Positions 9,472 through 19,165 are shown, counted from the first letter of the stretch. The stretch: DNA of 64,000 nt from Candidatus Magasanikiibacteriota bacterium (GCA_041674805.1 JBAYVA010000003.1:27029-91028), one strand, 5' to 3'. Made by a program: numbers and translations. The notes: a model not told the origin generated them from the sequence alone.

Positions 9472-9500
9472 ATTATAACACAAAAAAGTTGTAAGGTCAA
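9472..9500 (-). promoter_or_regulatory. sigma70 promoter of khpA, giving a ~145-nt leader
   Basis: TTGACC-17-TATAAT with extended -10 TG. Confidence 0.75.
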
Positions 9501-9587
9501 TATAACGACAAAAATGATTTATCCACAAACAAAAAATACAAAAGAATAAAGTTTAGCCATTTTTTGTTATTTTTAACAAAAAAACAT

Positions 9588-9893
9588 TCAAATATTATTT
9601 CTATCTCTATTCCACAACGCCGGATTCATTTGCACGTATTTGTATATTTGATGGTATTTTTTTTCATTCCTAATGATATGATCATGAAATGACCGTTGCC
9701 AAATGAATCTTGGTAAACATTCTTGATGAATTATTTTAGATGATGTGGTTTTGAAGGCGCCAATTAATTCTGAAATCGATTTTATTTTGGTTTTTTTGTC
9801 AGGTTTATTTTGTATTAAAATGTCTGGATTGTTTCCAACATCCGTAGGGACAGGTCGCGACCTGTCCCTACCATTGCTGTCTAAATAATTTTC
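9588..9893 (-). pseudogene. C-terminal remnant of a REP-associated tyrosine transposase (RAYT, Y1/IS200 family), no start codon and no HUH motif
   Basis: Manual translation ..KSISELIGAFKTTSSKIIH..FIWQRSFHDHIIRNE..YVQMNPALW..; contains a REP palindrome. Confidence 0.8.
9845..9871. repeat. REP-like perfect palindrome GTAGGGACAGGTCGCGACCTGTCCCTAC
   Basis: GTAG-initiated palindrome typical of RAYT-associated REPs. Confidence 0.8.
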
Positions 9894-10004
9894 CTAATTT
9901 TATTCCCTTTAAATAAATCTATTTTTATTTCCTCCATATTTTTTTAATAAATAACAAATTTATTATAACACAAAAAATATCTATTCAAAATATCACAACA
10001 GACA

Positions 10005-10044
10005 CTCTCCTCCCCCACGATAAGGGGGAGGTCGGGAGGGGGTT
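10005..10044. repeat. GC-rich hairpin repeat CCTCCCCC-N7-GGGGGAGG-tcgggaggggg
   Basis: 8-bp inverted repeat followed by a G-rich tail; REP-like. Confidence 0.5.
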
Positions 10045-10059
10045 GCGTGGCAATAAAAA

Positions 10060-10086
10060 AACAAAACCCACCCCCGAAAGGGTGGG
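10060..10086 (-). terminator. Intrinsic terminator of the S-layer-like gene
   Basis: cccaccc-tttcgg-gggtggg followed by T-rich run. Confidence 0.8.
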
Positions 10087-10140
10087 AAATGTTTAGAAAA
10101 ATATCTAATTTGTTCAAATTCAATTTAATGAATCAAACTA

Positions 10141-13100
10141 TTAGTTATTTTCTGTTGCTAAGAATTTAGCAGATGGTAATACATCTACGTATGTACCTGT
10201 AATACTTGATGTAGTTTCATCATCATCCCAAGTAATACCTGTAACTTTCATAGCAATTTGAGCACTAGCATCGACAGCTGAAGTTTTTACTGATAGATAA
10301 TATACACCTGTTGTACCAATTTCTCTATCAGAATCAGCTAAACCACTTAAATCCCAACCACCAGCATCAGTAGCATCAGAAACTGTAGTTGTTGCTAATG
10401 AACTTCTTGTTGAATCTAACAATTCAACATAAGTTGTAGTAACACCAGTTTGTACTAAATCCAAAGTTATACCTTTGAAATCAACAGTACCACCGTCAGC
10501 AGTGATTGTAAGTTTAATCATTTCGTTGTCACCAATACTCAAGAAACCTTTTTGAGCAGCTTCAGCACCAGCTGTATAAGCTAATACTGGTCTAGCAGCA
10601 CGTAATTCAAATACATTACTTGCACCAGCAGAAGTTGATGTGTCAACAACATCATCACCTTGTGTAGCAGAAGCTTCATAGCCAGTCATTTCAAATGTTG
10701 TTGTAACACCTGAAGCGATACCTAAGTCTGAATCAACAAGAGCAAAGTCAGCATAGACATCTACTGTTGTTTTCTTACTCAAATCAATTGTTAAACCATC
10801 AAAGTTTGCAACTCCAGAGAAGAATTGTGTAACTTCTTTGTTACCAATACGTACAGCTGTTACAGCAGCTGAATTTGACATTGTCAAATCAAGATCTGTA
10901 AGAGTGAAAGTATCATAACTAGGTTCAAATTGTAAAGAGTAAACTTTTACATTTTTTGCTTCACTCAATACGATATCAGCATCAGGATTAGCTGAAGCTA
11001 ATGAATCAGTTAAACCACCAGCAGCAACAGTAACAGTTTGACCTGTTACAGCACTTGTAGTAGTAGTAATACCATCAGAAGAACCTTTAAATTCTACAGC
11101 AAGAGTAGTTGTAACAGCACCTGTAGTAGAAGAATCAAGACTTCCATATACATCCAATGTCAAAGTATTTTCTTTTGACAATAGAGTACTTACTGTGAAG
11201 TTGTTTGAAGCAGCAGGATCTTTGATAACATCTGTATCACCAGATACATGTAAATCAGAGATATTTGCTACACCATAAGCACCACCAACAGTTACAGTAT
11301 ATTTCTTAATTGTAACATCTTGTGATGTTGGAGCTTTAATTACGAAAGAAGCTAATTTATAATCACTAGCACCAGTTGTAATTGTTCTGTTTGCATAACT
11401 AGTATTCTTTGATACTGACAATGTTCCTGAAGAAGCTGTCATAGCTTTACCAGTAGCACTACCAGATACGTCATATGTAGTACCTGTACTATATAATGCA
11501 TCACCACTTAAATCTTCAATTTTTACAGCATTACCAGAAGAAACGATAGAAAATACAAAAGCATCATTAGAATCAACAGTTTCTGCAAAATCAGCAGTAA
11601 CTACTAATTTTTGTTTGCCTTTTACTTCAAATTCTTCATCACAAGTAATAGTTGCACTAGTTACGTCAACTGGACCACAAACAGTTTTGCCATCCAATTT
11701 AACTCTTAAATTTTCTAAATCTAAATCTCCAGCAGTTGTATGTAATGTACCGGCACTAGCTGTAATTGAGATAGGCAATTCTGTAACTACTACAGTTTCG
11801 TCACTAGCATCCAATTCAGCTACCAACATTACGATATCTTTTGTTTTTGGAGCGTAAGTTCCTGCTTTTGGATTATCTGAATGTTCATCAATAGACAAAG
11901 CACCACCTTTGATAGTATGAGTAACTTCATTAGAAGCATCAACATCAGTTGGTACTGTTAAGAAACCATTTTTTGTTCCTTTAGCTACTACGTCTGTTCT
12001 TTCATCTAATACAAGTTTTACTGTTTCACCGTTGCCAGAAACGACATCAGCTTTTACAGTGAAATCATAATTGATTTCATCTTGTTCAAGTAACATTGGA
12101 CTACTCAAAACAAATTTTACATAGTCATTACTGCCCAATTGTACTGGACCAGCAACAACTTCATCACCATAATACAAAGTGTAATCAACAACATCAGATG
12201 TACTAGCTGTACCTTTTTGTTTCAATAAAACAGAGTACAATTTTACATCTTCAGTAGTTGAAGCATCAAAAGAGAATTCAGCTACAGTTTTGTCAGTTTC
12301 ACCAACAATTAAATCTGAAGTGTTACCACTATAATCAAAAGTAATACTTGGAGCAGACACACCAGAAACTGTCATTGCATTACCACTGATTGGGAATGTA
12401 GCATTTACTTTTGCTGTAGTTTCTACTGAAGCAATTCTCAAATAACTTGAGTTACCAGAATCAGCAAGAGTACCATTCATATCAGCTACGATACTGATAG
12501 ATACTGAAGAGTTTGCAGGAATAGTGATTTTGTTACTATCTGTTGAGAAATAGATTTCTACTTCATCATCAGAACCCAAAACACGTTTACTACCATGTGT
12601 TATACCGTCTACTACTACGTAAACTTTATCAAAATCATCATAACGTCCAAGACCAGCACGTTCTACAGTAAGACCTGTAAGATCTACTGCTTTGTCGCCA
12701 GCTTTTGCTACCATAGTAACGTATGTTTGTCCCAAAATATCTTTTGGAAGATTCATACTACTTGGAGTATTAGCACTTAGACTCAATGTCAAAGTACCAG
12801 CTTGATTTGGAGTTTCAGTTGATGGAGCAGTTTGCATCAAGATAGCTGATTCAGTTACAGAAGCTGTACTCATTTCTACAGAAGCAAATACTTCAGCAGA
12901 AACTGTACGAACAGCAGGAGCTGTTACTTTTGATAAAGTACCAGATACTTTATACAATTTACCTGACATAACACTATATACATCTGTAGTACCAGATTTC
13001 TTAACTAGCATACCTTCGTGAAGAGTAGCTGTTGAAATTTGTTTACTAGTTTCGATATAAGACATTAATTCTGTATCAGGCAATGTTCTTAATACTGCTG

Positions 13101-13548
13101 ATTGATTCCAATTACTGCCGTATAGTGAGATAGCTACTTGTTCACTTAAAATATGACTAAGTTCGCCACCAGGAAGGATCGCGAAAACGCGAGCTGCTTC
13201 AGCACTTTTTACAAGCATACTACCTTCACGGAAAGTAAGCATTCTTGAAGCCAATGGGAATTGAGCTAAACAAGTTTCAGGAATTGTTACAACACCTGAG
13301 AAATCCTTGTACCAAGTATAAAATACTGATTCATTTGGGATAACTTGTCTTTTTAAATCACTACTTATTACGTATACAGATGCTTTACCAGCTACTTTTA
13401 CTAAGTCGCCAGCTTCAACTGTAGGACATTCACCTTCAGCATGAGCAACTACTGGTGCAAGTGCGGCTAAACCAACACTCCATACCATAGTCATTGCTAC
13501 TACTGAAAAGGTGAACAATTTTTTTCCGAATTTTAATACATCGTTCAT
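10141..13548 (-). CDS. Large secreted surface/S-layer-like protein of CPR type
   Basis: Signal peptide (..AHA); N-terminal GDLVK..VY..KR..NESVFYTWY repeat domain; T/S/V/D-rich beta-sandwich repeats; strongly biased codon usage. Confidence 0.75.
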   Translation of the reverse strand: MNDVLKFGKKLFTFSVVAMTMVWSVGLAALAPVVAHAEGECPTVEAGDLVKVAGKASVYVISSDLKRQVIPNESVFYTWYKDFSGVVTIPETCLAQFPLASRMLTFREGSMLVKSAEAARVFAILPGGELSHILSEQVAISLYGSNWNQSAVLRTLPDTELMSYIETSKQISTATLHEGMLVKKSGTTDVYSVMSGKLYKVSGTLSKVTAPAVRTVSAEVFASVEMSTASVTESAILMQTAPSTETPNQAGTLTLSLSANTPSSMNLPKDILGQTYVTMVAKAGDKAVDLTGLTVERAGLGRYDDFDKVYVVVDGITHGSKRVLGSDDEVEIYFSTDSNKITIPANSSVSISIVADMNGTLADSGNSSYLRIASVETTAKVNATFPISGNAMTVSGVSAPSITFDYSGNTSDLIVGETDKTVAEFSFDASTTEDVKLYSVLLKQKGTASTSDVVDYTLYYGDEVVAGPVQLGSNDYVKFVLSSPMLLEQDEINYDFTVKADVVSGNGETVKLVLDERTDVVAKGTKNGFLTVPTDVDASNEVTHTIKGGALSIDEHSDNPKAGTYAPKTKDIVMLVAELDASDETVVVTELPISITASAGTLHTTAGDLDLENLRVKLDGKTVCGPVDVTSATITCDEEFEVKGKQKLVVTADFAETVDSNDAFVFSIVSSGNAVKIEDLSGDALYSTGTTYDVSGSATGKAMTASSGTLSVSKNTSYANRTITTGASDYKLASFVIKAPTSQDVTIKKYTVTVGGAYGVANISDLHVSGDTDVIKDPAASNNFTVSTLLSKENTLTLDVYGSLDSSTTGAVTTTLAVEFKGSSDGITTTTSAVTGQTVTVAAGGLTDSLASANPDADIVLSEAKNVKVYSLQFEPSYDTFTLTDLDLTMSNSAAVTAVRIGNKEVTQFFSGVANFDGLTIDLSKKTTVDVYADFALVDSDLGIASGVTTTFEMTGYEASATQGDDVVDTSTSAGASNVFELRAARPVLAYTAGAEAAQKGFLSIGDNEMIKLTITADGGTVDFKGITLDLVQTGVTTTYVELLDSTRSSLATTTVSDATDAGGWDLSGLADSDREIGTTGVYYLSVKTSAVDASAQIAMKVTGITWDDDETTSSITGTYVDVLPSAKFLATENN

Positions 13549-13826
13549 AAATACCTTTTAAATTTATTGAAACGCGCCTCCGTATAGGTGTAAACACCAC
13601 GGTGTCGTGACAATAAATCTGAATAAATAGCCACTCAACTCTGCCTTACGACAGATCGACCTTGTGGTCAAGTGGGATCTCTCAAATAGTTTGCTTTTGG
13701 CAAAACTTACTTGAGATAGAGTCTCGTCGGCCAAGACGAGTGCCCTTTTTTCCCAAAATAGATTTCTCTATCTTGGTTACTGTATGGCCCACAATTCACC
13801 AATGATGAACTTTGGCTCATACAGTA
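13549..13826 (-). promoter_or_regulatory. Long multi-hairpin 5' leader of the S-layer-like gene
   Basis: At least five consecutive stem-loops in ~280 nt. Confidence 0.55.
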
Positions 13827-13843
13827 TAATACTTTGAATTTTG

Positions 13844-14256
13844 AAATTTAGTAATTTTAAATTTTAAATTAAATGTTATTTTTTGAACTATGATATATCT
13901 TATTAAAGATACGTACTAATTCACTTGTTTCTAACCATAAACTTCTTAAATCATTTTTGTTATTTATTTTTAATTCACCTAATAACTCTATCCAATATTT
14001 CGTTTCATTTATTTCTTTTCTCACTATAGCTATCTTATTTATAAAATCTTTTTTAGAACTAGCACTATTTGCTTCTCTATAATTCGCTCCAACACTTGTC
14101 GCTGATCTTATTAACTGTGATATAATAGCTCTATTCAAATTTGTTATTTCAATACCTTTTAGATAATTTAAGATTGATTTACTAAAATCAAATGTTCTCT
14201 TTTCTAAATTGTATTCCATACCCTCCAAAAATTTAAAATTTAAAATTACTAAATTT
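13844..14256. mobile_element. Candidate cassette: four-helix-bundle gene between 27-bp perfect inverted repeats
   Basis: aaatttagtaattttaaattttaaatt (13844-13870) is the exact reverse complement of 14230-14256. Confidence 0.5.
13869..14219 (-). CDS. Four helix bundle protein (23S rRNA IVS protein / Avd-like family)
   Basis: LEKRTFDFS..QLIRSATSVGANYREANSASSKKDFINKIAI.RKE..ETKYW.ELL. Confidence 0.92.
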   Translation of the reverse strand: MEYNLEKRTFDFSKSILNYLKGIEITNLNRAIISQLIRSATSVGANYREANSASSKKDFINKIAIVRKEINETKYWIELLGELKINNKNDLRSLWLETSELVRIFNKIYHSSKNNI

Positions 14257-15532
14257 AAAATTTTTCTACACTACTACTAGTAGTCGTAACAACACTTGAT
14301 GTGTTACTATTTACTACAGGTAATATAATAGGTATCACCGGTGTAGTAGTCAATATTTGTTCTTTCGTTGTTACTACTTCTTTACTCACAGTATCTACAG
14401 AAGTCTTTAGTTCAATAGTTTTTTTCACGGCTTCTAGAATATTTGTTTCTACCAAATTTGTTACTGTTGTTTTTTCACTTTCTACTGCTTTGGACATCTC
14501 AGCTACTTTGCTAGTCAATTCTGTAGTTTTTATTTGTGCATCTTGGACTGGTGTTGTTGTTTTCAATTCCACACTACTTGTTGTTGTATTTGTAGTAGTC
14601 ACACTGACATCTTCTTTTATAAGAGTACTTGTAGTATTCAAAGCTTGTGATTCACTTGTCGCTACATTATTGTTAGCACTAGCAGACAATCCTACCAAAT
14701 CTTCTTTCGCTTTTTCTGTATCTTTTTTTATTTCTTCTACAGCAGTAGCTAGATGATCTTTGATAATGATTTTTTCTTCTTCAGAAACAGCTGTCTTAGA
14801 TTCTACTTTCTTTTCCAAAACTCTTTCTACCATCTGCAAACTAGTTTGTGAGACATCTACTGCTTTGGCAGACAATTCTTTGGAAAGACTTGCATCTACG
14901 ACATTTTGTGAAGCTACTTCTTTTAGTGTACTAGATATTTCTTGAGTTTTTAGAGCTACATCTTTTACCAAATCTGATATTTTTATGACATCACTGTCTT
15001 TTAGTTCTTCTTTGGCAGTATCCAATTTTTGTTGCAATTCATCTGAAGCTTGTCTAATAATTTTAGTTTTTACATTTATATTTGCATCACTGTCAGCTAC
15101 TTCTTTTAGTACTTGAGCTCTCTTTGATGCAAACTCCAAATTCAAACTAGCTTTATTTTCTTTTGATGTAACTACCAGCTGACCTTGTTCTACGACATTA
15201 CTTATAGCTTTTTTGGTGGACCACATGATATCTCCAGGTTCAGCATAAGCACTTGCTATCCAACCACCAGAAGTGATGATAAGTGCTAATACCGTAGTGA
15301 AAACTGGTTTCAAAGTTCTTCCAATATTCTTTGGTAAAAGCATTTGATAAACATGAGCAATGTTTTTTAATTTTTCTGTCAAAATGTTTTCATTTTCATT
15401 GTGAATTGTTTCTACCGTAGTTTTGGCAATTTGACTCATCAACATTTTTTTATTTTCCAAAACCCAAGAAGGACGTGCTGTTAACACTTCCGTATTTTTC
15501 AAGTTCTTCAATTGTTCTTTCATTCTTTTCAT
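14255..15532 (-). CDS. DUF5667-like single-TM protein, probable anti-sigma partner
   Basis: ARPSWV..K..L N-terminus, TM helix, A.PGD.MW..KK..E motif, T/S-rich tail; directly downstream of the ECF sigma. Confidence 0.6.
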   Translation of the reverse strand: MKRMKEQLKNLKNTEVLTARPSWVLENKKMLMSQIAKTTVETIHNENENILTEKLKNIAHVYQMLLPKNIGRTLKPVFTTVLALIITSGGWIASAYAEPGDIMWSTKKAISNVVEQGQLVVTSKENKASLNLEFASKRAQVLKEVADSDANINVKTKIIRQASDELQQKLDTAKEELKDSDVIKISDLVKDVALKTQEISSTLKEVASQNVVDASLSKELSAKAVDVSQTSLQMVERVLEKKVESKTAVSEEEKIIIKDHLATAVEEIKKDTEKAKEDLVGLSASANNNVATSESQALNTTSTLIKEDVSVTTTNTTTSSVELKTTTPVQDAQIKTTELTSKVAEMSKAVESEKTTVTNLVETNILEAVKKTIELKTSVDTVSKEVVTTKEQILTTTPVIPIILPVVNSNTSSVVTTTSSSVEKF

Positions 15533-15585
15533 AAAAATAAATAGAATTTTGAATTTAGTCCCGACTAGTCGGGATAAAATTTTAT

Positions 15586-16131
15586 TTACCTCTCCAACAT
15601 CTTCTTCAATATTTTCAACGCTCTATACAAAGTAACTCTGACATTAGTAGTATTCTTTTGCAAAATATCTGATATTTCACTTGTACTCATTTCTTCTACA
15701 TATTTGAGTAAAATAATTTCTTGATATTCACGTTTCATTTTTTGCAAAGCTTTTGCCACTCTTTCTATTTCTTGTTTATCACCCAAATTTTTCAAAATCT
15801 TCGTCTCAGCAAAAATATCGCCAACTTCTTCTATAGATATTTCCAAATTGTGATTCTTACGATAATAATCTATCAAAGTGTTACGAGCTATTCTATAGAT
15901 AAGTCCACTAAAACTATTTATCACAGCTTCTCTATTGTCTATCAAATAGTTCCAAACTTTTAGAAAGACTTCACTTGTAATATCCTCAGCTTCTTCTCTA
16001 TTACCTAATTTCATATATACAAAACGATAAATTTTTTGTATATAAAGATCATAAAGAGTAGCGAAGCTGTCAGTATCTCCCATTTGTTGGATTTTGTGAA
16101 CAAGGAATTTTTCCTTATATTCAGCCTTCAT
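15586..16131 (-). CDS. ECF-type RNA polymerase sigma factor
   Basis: FATLYD.Y..KIYRFVY..EEAEDITSEVFLK; region 4 NVRVTLYRALK. Confidence 0.92.
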   Translation of the reverse strand: MKAEYKEKFLVHKIQQMGDTDSFATLYDLYIQKIYRFVYMKLGNREEAEDITSEVFLKVWNYLIDNREAVINSFSGLIYRIARNTLIDYYRKNHNLEISIEEVGDIFAETKILKNLGDKQEIERVAKALQKMKREYQEIILLKYVEEMSTSEISDILQKNTTNVRVTLYRALKILKKMLER

Positions 16132-16137
16132 ATATAG

Positions 16138-16165
16138 AAGTCGTAAAAAATAAAAAAGTGTTACA
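16138..16165 (-). promoter_or_regulatory. Putative autoregulatory ECF promoter TGTAAC-16-CGACTT just before the ATG (near-leaderless)
   Basis: Matches the generic ECF AAC/CG consensus. Confidence 0.45.
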
Positions 16166-16324
16166 GTTACCAAACCAAAACAATAGTTTATCTACCTATA
16201 ACACGAAAAAATAGCTCAAGTGAGCTGAAATTATTTAAATTTTGAAATGCTTTTATCATAAATAGCGTAAGTGACTATAACACATAATACGCAAAAAGGC
16301 AATAATCTGTGTACAAAATGTAGT

Positions 16325-16550
16325 CAAACATAACATAGTTATAAAATTATAATGTTATAAAGTTTGTAAAGTCTACAATATTTAAAATTGTAGATAAATT
16401 AGCCAAATTATCTAACATAATTATTTAAAACAAATATTATAAAAAACCTATTTTTTGGCTAAAATAACAATTAAAATGAACAAATTCGCACTTACAACAT
16501 TACAACGTTATAACATTATAACTTTATAACTTTACAAACTTTATAAACTC
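16325..16550. repeat. Inverted pair of 8-9-mer tandem arrays (ttataaag / ctttataa)
   Basis: ttataatgttataaagtttgtaaagt and actttataactttacaaactttataaact. Confidence 0.75.
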
Positions 16551-16648
16551 TTTGTATATAATAGTGTAAACAAATATCCACTTAAAATCAAAAACAGTCT
16601 TGACAAAACCGCAAAAATTTGATAATATTAGTCTATACAAACATAAAT

Positions 16649-16984
16649 ATGCCTGAAACAAACAATAAACAAGCCAAAGAAATCATTCGCGTTTCTATTT
16701 CAGAAGCTGCCAGACTCTTTGGTGTTAATCCACAGACCATTAGAAGAGCTATCAAAAGTCAAGAAATCACTTATGTAGTAGTAGCAGGCAGATACAAAAT
16801 AAATTTTGAAAGTCTAGTCCGTTGGTCCCAAAAAAAAGTTACTGTCAAAAATAAAGCTGAAAAATACGGCATAGGCCAATATGTGGATAAATGGAAAATA
16901 AAAAACACTCTTTACTCCCCTAGTCCAAAAAGCATCCAAAAAGAAGAACTAGATGAAGAAAACAACAACTCATCAAAATTATAA
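16649..16984 (+). CDS. Excisionase/MerR-like helix-turn-helix protein
   Basis: VSISEAARLFGVNPQTIRRAIK..GRYKI; promoter TTGACA at 16600. Confidence 0.8.
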   Translation: MPETNNKQAKEIIRVSISEAARLFGVNPQTIRRAIKSQEITYVVVAGRYKINFESLVRWSQKKVTVKNKAEKYGIGQYVDKWKIKNTLYSPSPKSIQKEELDEENNNSSKL

Positions 16985-17020
16985 ACTCCAGCCAAAAAAG
17001 CTGGATTTTTGTTGACAAAA

Positions 17021-17186
17021 CAATAACTAAAAAGTAACTGACAAAGTTTCTTTAATTACTTTTAGTTACCTAAAGTTACTGATAAGTTAAACTATAAAGC
17101 ATAACAAGACAATAACTAAAAGTAACTGGTCTAAACTTTGTCAGTTACTTTTAATTACAGTTATTGTTAGTTATTGCTAGTTATTG
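17021..17186. repeat. Nested direct/inverted repeat block containing a 20-bp perfect inverted repeat
   Basis: aaaagtaactgacaaagttt (17030-17049) / aaactttgtcagttactttt (17133-17152). Confidence 0.8.
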
Positions 17187-17222
17187 TATAATAAACTAAA
17201 TAAAAAAGATAAAAAAATAATT

Positions 17223-19076
17223 ATGAAATTTGTAGAAACCTATCTAAAAAAACACCATTTATTCAGAACTCCTCACAAATGGTTTTTGGCTTTTTTATCA
17301 TCCCCTATTCACTTAGCCGAATTACACTACAAAAAAAGATACCACTTACAATTTGCCCATGCTCGCAAATTATTTATTTTTGATATGTTATTATTTTTTG
17401 GTGTTTTTATTATTTTATCAGCTGGCATTTTTTGGAAACTATATGATCCAACAGTGACTGACTTAGTTTATCTTTCTATTGAAAAAGAACCTCATCGTGT
17501 TTTGAGTGGTGAAGATTTCAATTTTGAAGTTGTGTACAAAAATGAAAGTGAAGTAAAACTAGTTTCACCAAAATTAATTTTACAATTACCAGATGGCTTT
17601 GTCTTACAAAAAACTGAACCAGAAAATAATTTTGATAAAAATAAAAATACTTTTTATCTTTCAGACTTAGCCAAAAATGACGCAGGAAAAGTCAGTATTT
17701 TTGGTCGCATTTATGAAACACCTCACTTAGAAACACAAATTATAGCTTCTCTTGAATACCAACAAGAAGGTAAAAAACATTTAGAAAAAGCTAGCACACC
17801 TTTTATCGCAATTCTACGTGGATCAGTACTAAAAAGTTTTTTCAATATTGCAGACAAAGCATTGTCACACTCTAGCTTAGCTTTTGATTTAACTATAAAA
17901 AATGATGGAGATACACCAATAGAAAAAATAAAAATACCTTTGCCAAATATCTCAGGTATCACACTCCTAAATGAAAAAATAACAAAAGGAAAAATAGCCA
18001 ACAACATTTGGGAAATAGACAATCTGCTAGCAAAAGAAGAAAGTATTTTGACAGCTTACTTCAATTTTAATATCAAAAACAAAAATTCACAAATAGCTCT
18101 AGAAATTGTGCCAAAAGTCATTATCAACGAAAAAGAAATAGCTCAAGAAAAAATCCAAAAAAATATTCAAATTTTTTATCCAAACTTGACGATTAATAGT
18201 AATTTTGAAAATGATCTTACTCAAGTTTTACCAGGTGAAAATATAAATTTGTATTTGAATTTACAAAATACTGGCGACGTAGATTTGAAAAATCTAAAAA
18301 TAACTTTGCCCGTAGACACTAATATCATTGATAAAAATAAATTTGTAACTTTGAACAAATTAACTATTGAAAAAAATAATATCTACTTAGATTATGAAAA
18401 TAATCCTAACTTAAAAAAATTAGATAAAAATAAAAACATAGAATTAAAATTGATTTTGCCAATACTAGAATATCCAAAAGGCAACACTGATTTATTGTTG
18501 GGATTGAATCCTCAAATAGAAGCTCAACTAAATGATATAAACAATGTTTACAAAACAGATTTTGAAACCAACAAAATAAAAATTGGTACCAATATTTTCA
18601 CAACTGCTGAAATTCGTTACTTCACCAAAGAAGGTGACCAATTGGGCAGAGGTCCACTACCTATCAAAATTGGCGAAGAAACAAAATACTGGGCACTCAT
18701 TGAAATCCAAAATACAACTAGTCGTATCAGCAATATAAATTTCAAAGCTACTTTACCTAGTTATGTAAAATGGACAGGAAAAAGTAGTGTCAGTATTGGA
18801 CGTGATCTTAGTTTTGATCCAATTACTAGAAATATTTCTTGGAGCAGTGAAAGACTTGCCGCCAATAGCAATGCTGGAATTTATTTTGAACTTAGTGTCA
18901 CACCTGATGCTACTATGATAGAAAACAATTTGATAATGTTGAAAAATATCAATATCACAGGTTTGGACAGTTTTTTGAATGTTTATCTAAACAAAAATTT
19001 AGCAAATCTAGATAATTCTCTAAAAACTGATACTATTGGCAAAAACAAAATGACAAGTGACGAAATAAGTGAATAA
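17223..19076 (+). CDS. CPR membrane-anchored extracellular protein with Ig-like (DUF11-like) domains
   Basis: One TM helix, repeated N.G...L beta-sandwich motifs, C-terminal GRGPLP..GEETKYW. Confidence 0.6.
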   Translation: MKFVETYLKKHHLFRTPHKWFLAFLSSPIHLAELHYKKRYHLQFAHARKLFIFDMLLFFGVFIILSAGIFWKLYDPTVTDLVYLSIEKEPHRVLSGEDFNFEVVYKNESEVKLVSPKLILQLPDGFVLQKTEPENNFDKNKNTFYLSDLAKNDAGKVSIFGRIYETPHLETQIIASLEYQQEGKKHLEKASTPFIAILRGSVLKSFFNIADKALSHSSLAFDLTIKNDGDTPIEKIKIPLPNISGITLLNEKITKGKIANNIWEIDNLLAKEESILTAYFNFNIKNKNSQIALEIVPKVIINEKEIAQEKIQKNIQIFYPNLTINSNFENDLTQVLPGENINLYLNLQNTGDVDLKNLKITLPVDTNIIDKNKFVTLNKLTIEKNNIYLDYENNPNLKKLDKNKNIELKLILPILEYPKGNTDLLLGLNPQIEAQLNDINNVYKTDFETNKIKIGTNIFTTAEIRYFTKEGDQLGRGPLPIKIGEETKYWALIEIQNTTSRISNINFKATLPSYVKWTGKSSVSIGRDLSFDPITRNISWSSERLAANSNAGIYFELSVTPDATMIENNLIMLKNINITGLDSFLNVYLNKNLANLDNSLKTDTIGKNKMTSDEISE

Positions 19077-19165
19077 AACTCTTAAAAAATATATATAATC
19101 TAAATAGTTTTTACTAATTGCCAAAACCACTATTTTAGTATATAATAATCAGCGGTCAAAACGCT

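Noticed and set aside
9519-9527. DnaA box TTATCCACA as part of oriC
   Set aside because: Isolated box with no cluster, and no evident strand-skew switch in the window
13869-14219. Diversity-generating retroelement (Avd)
   Set aside because: No reverse transcriptase and no TR/VR pair noticed in the window
16325-17186. CRISPR array
   Set aside because: Units are 8-10 nt, degenerate and lack unique spacers; no cas genes
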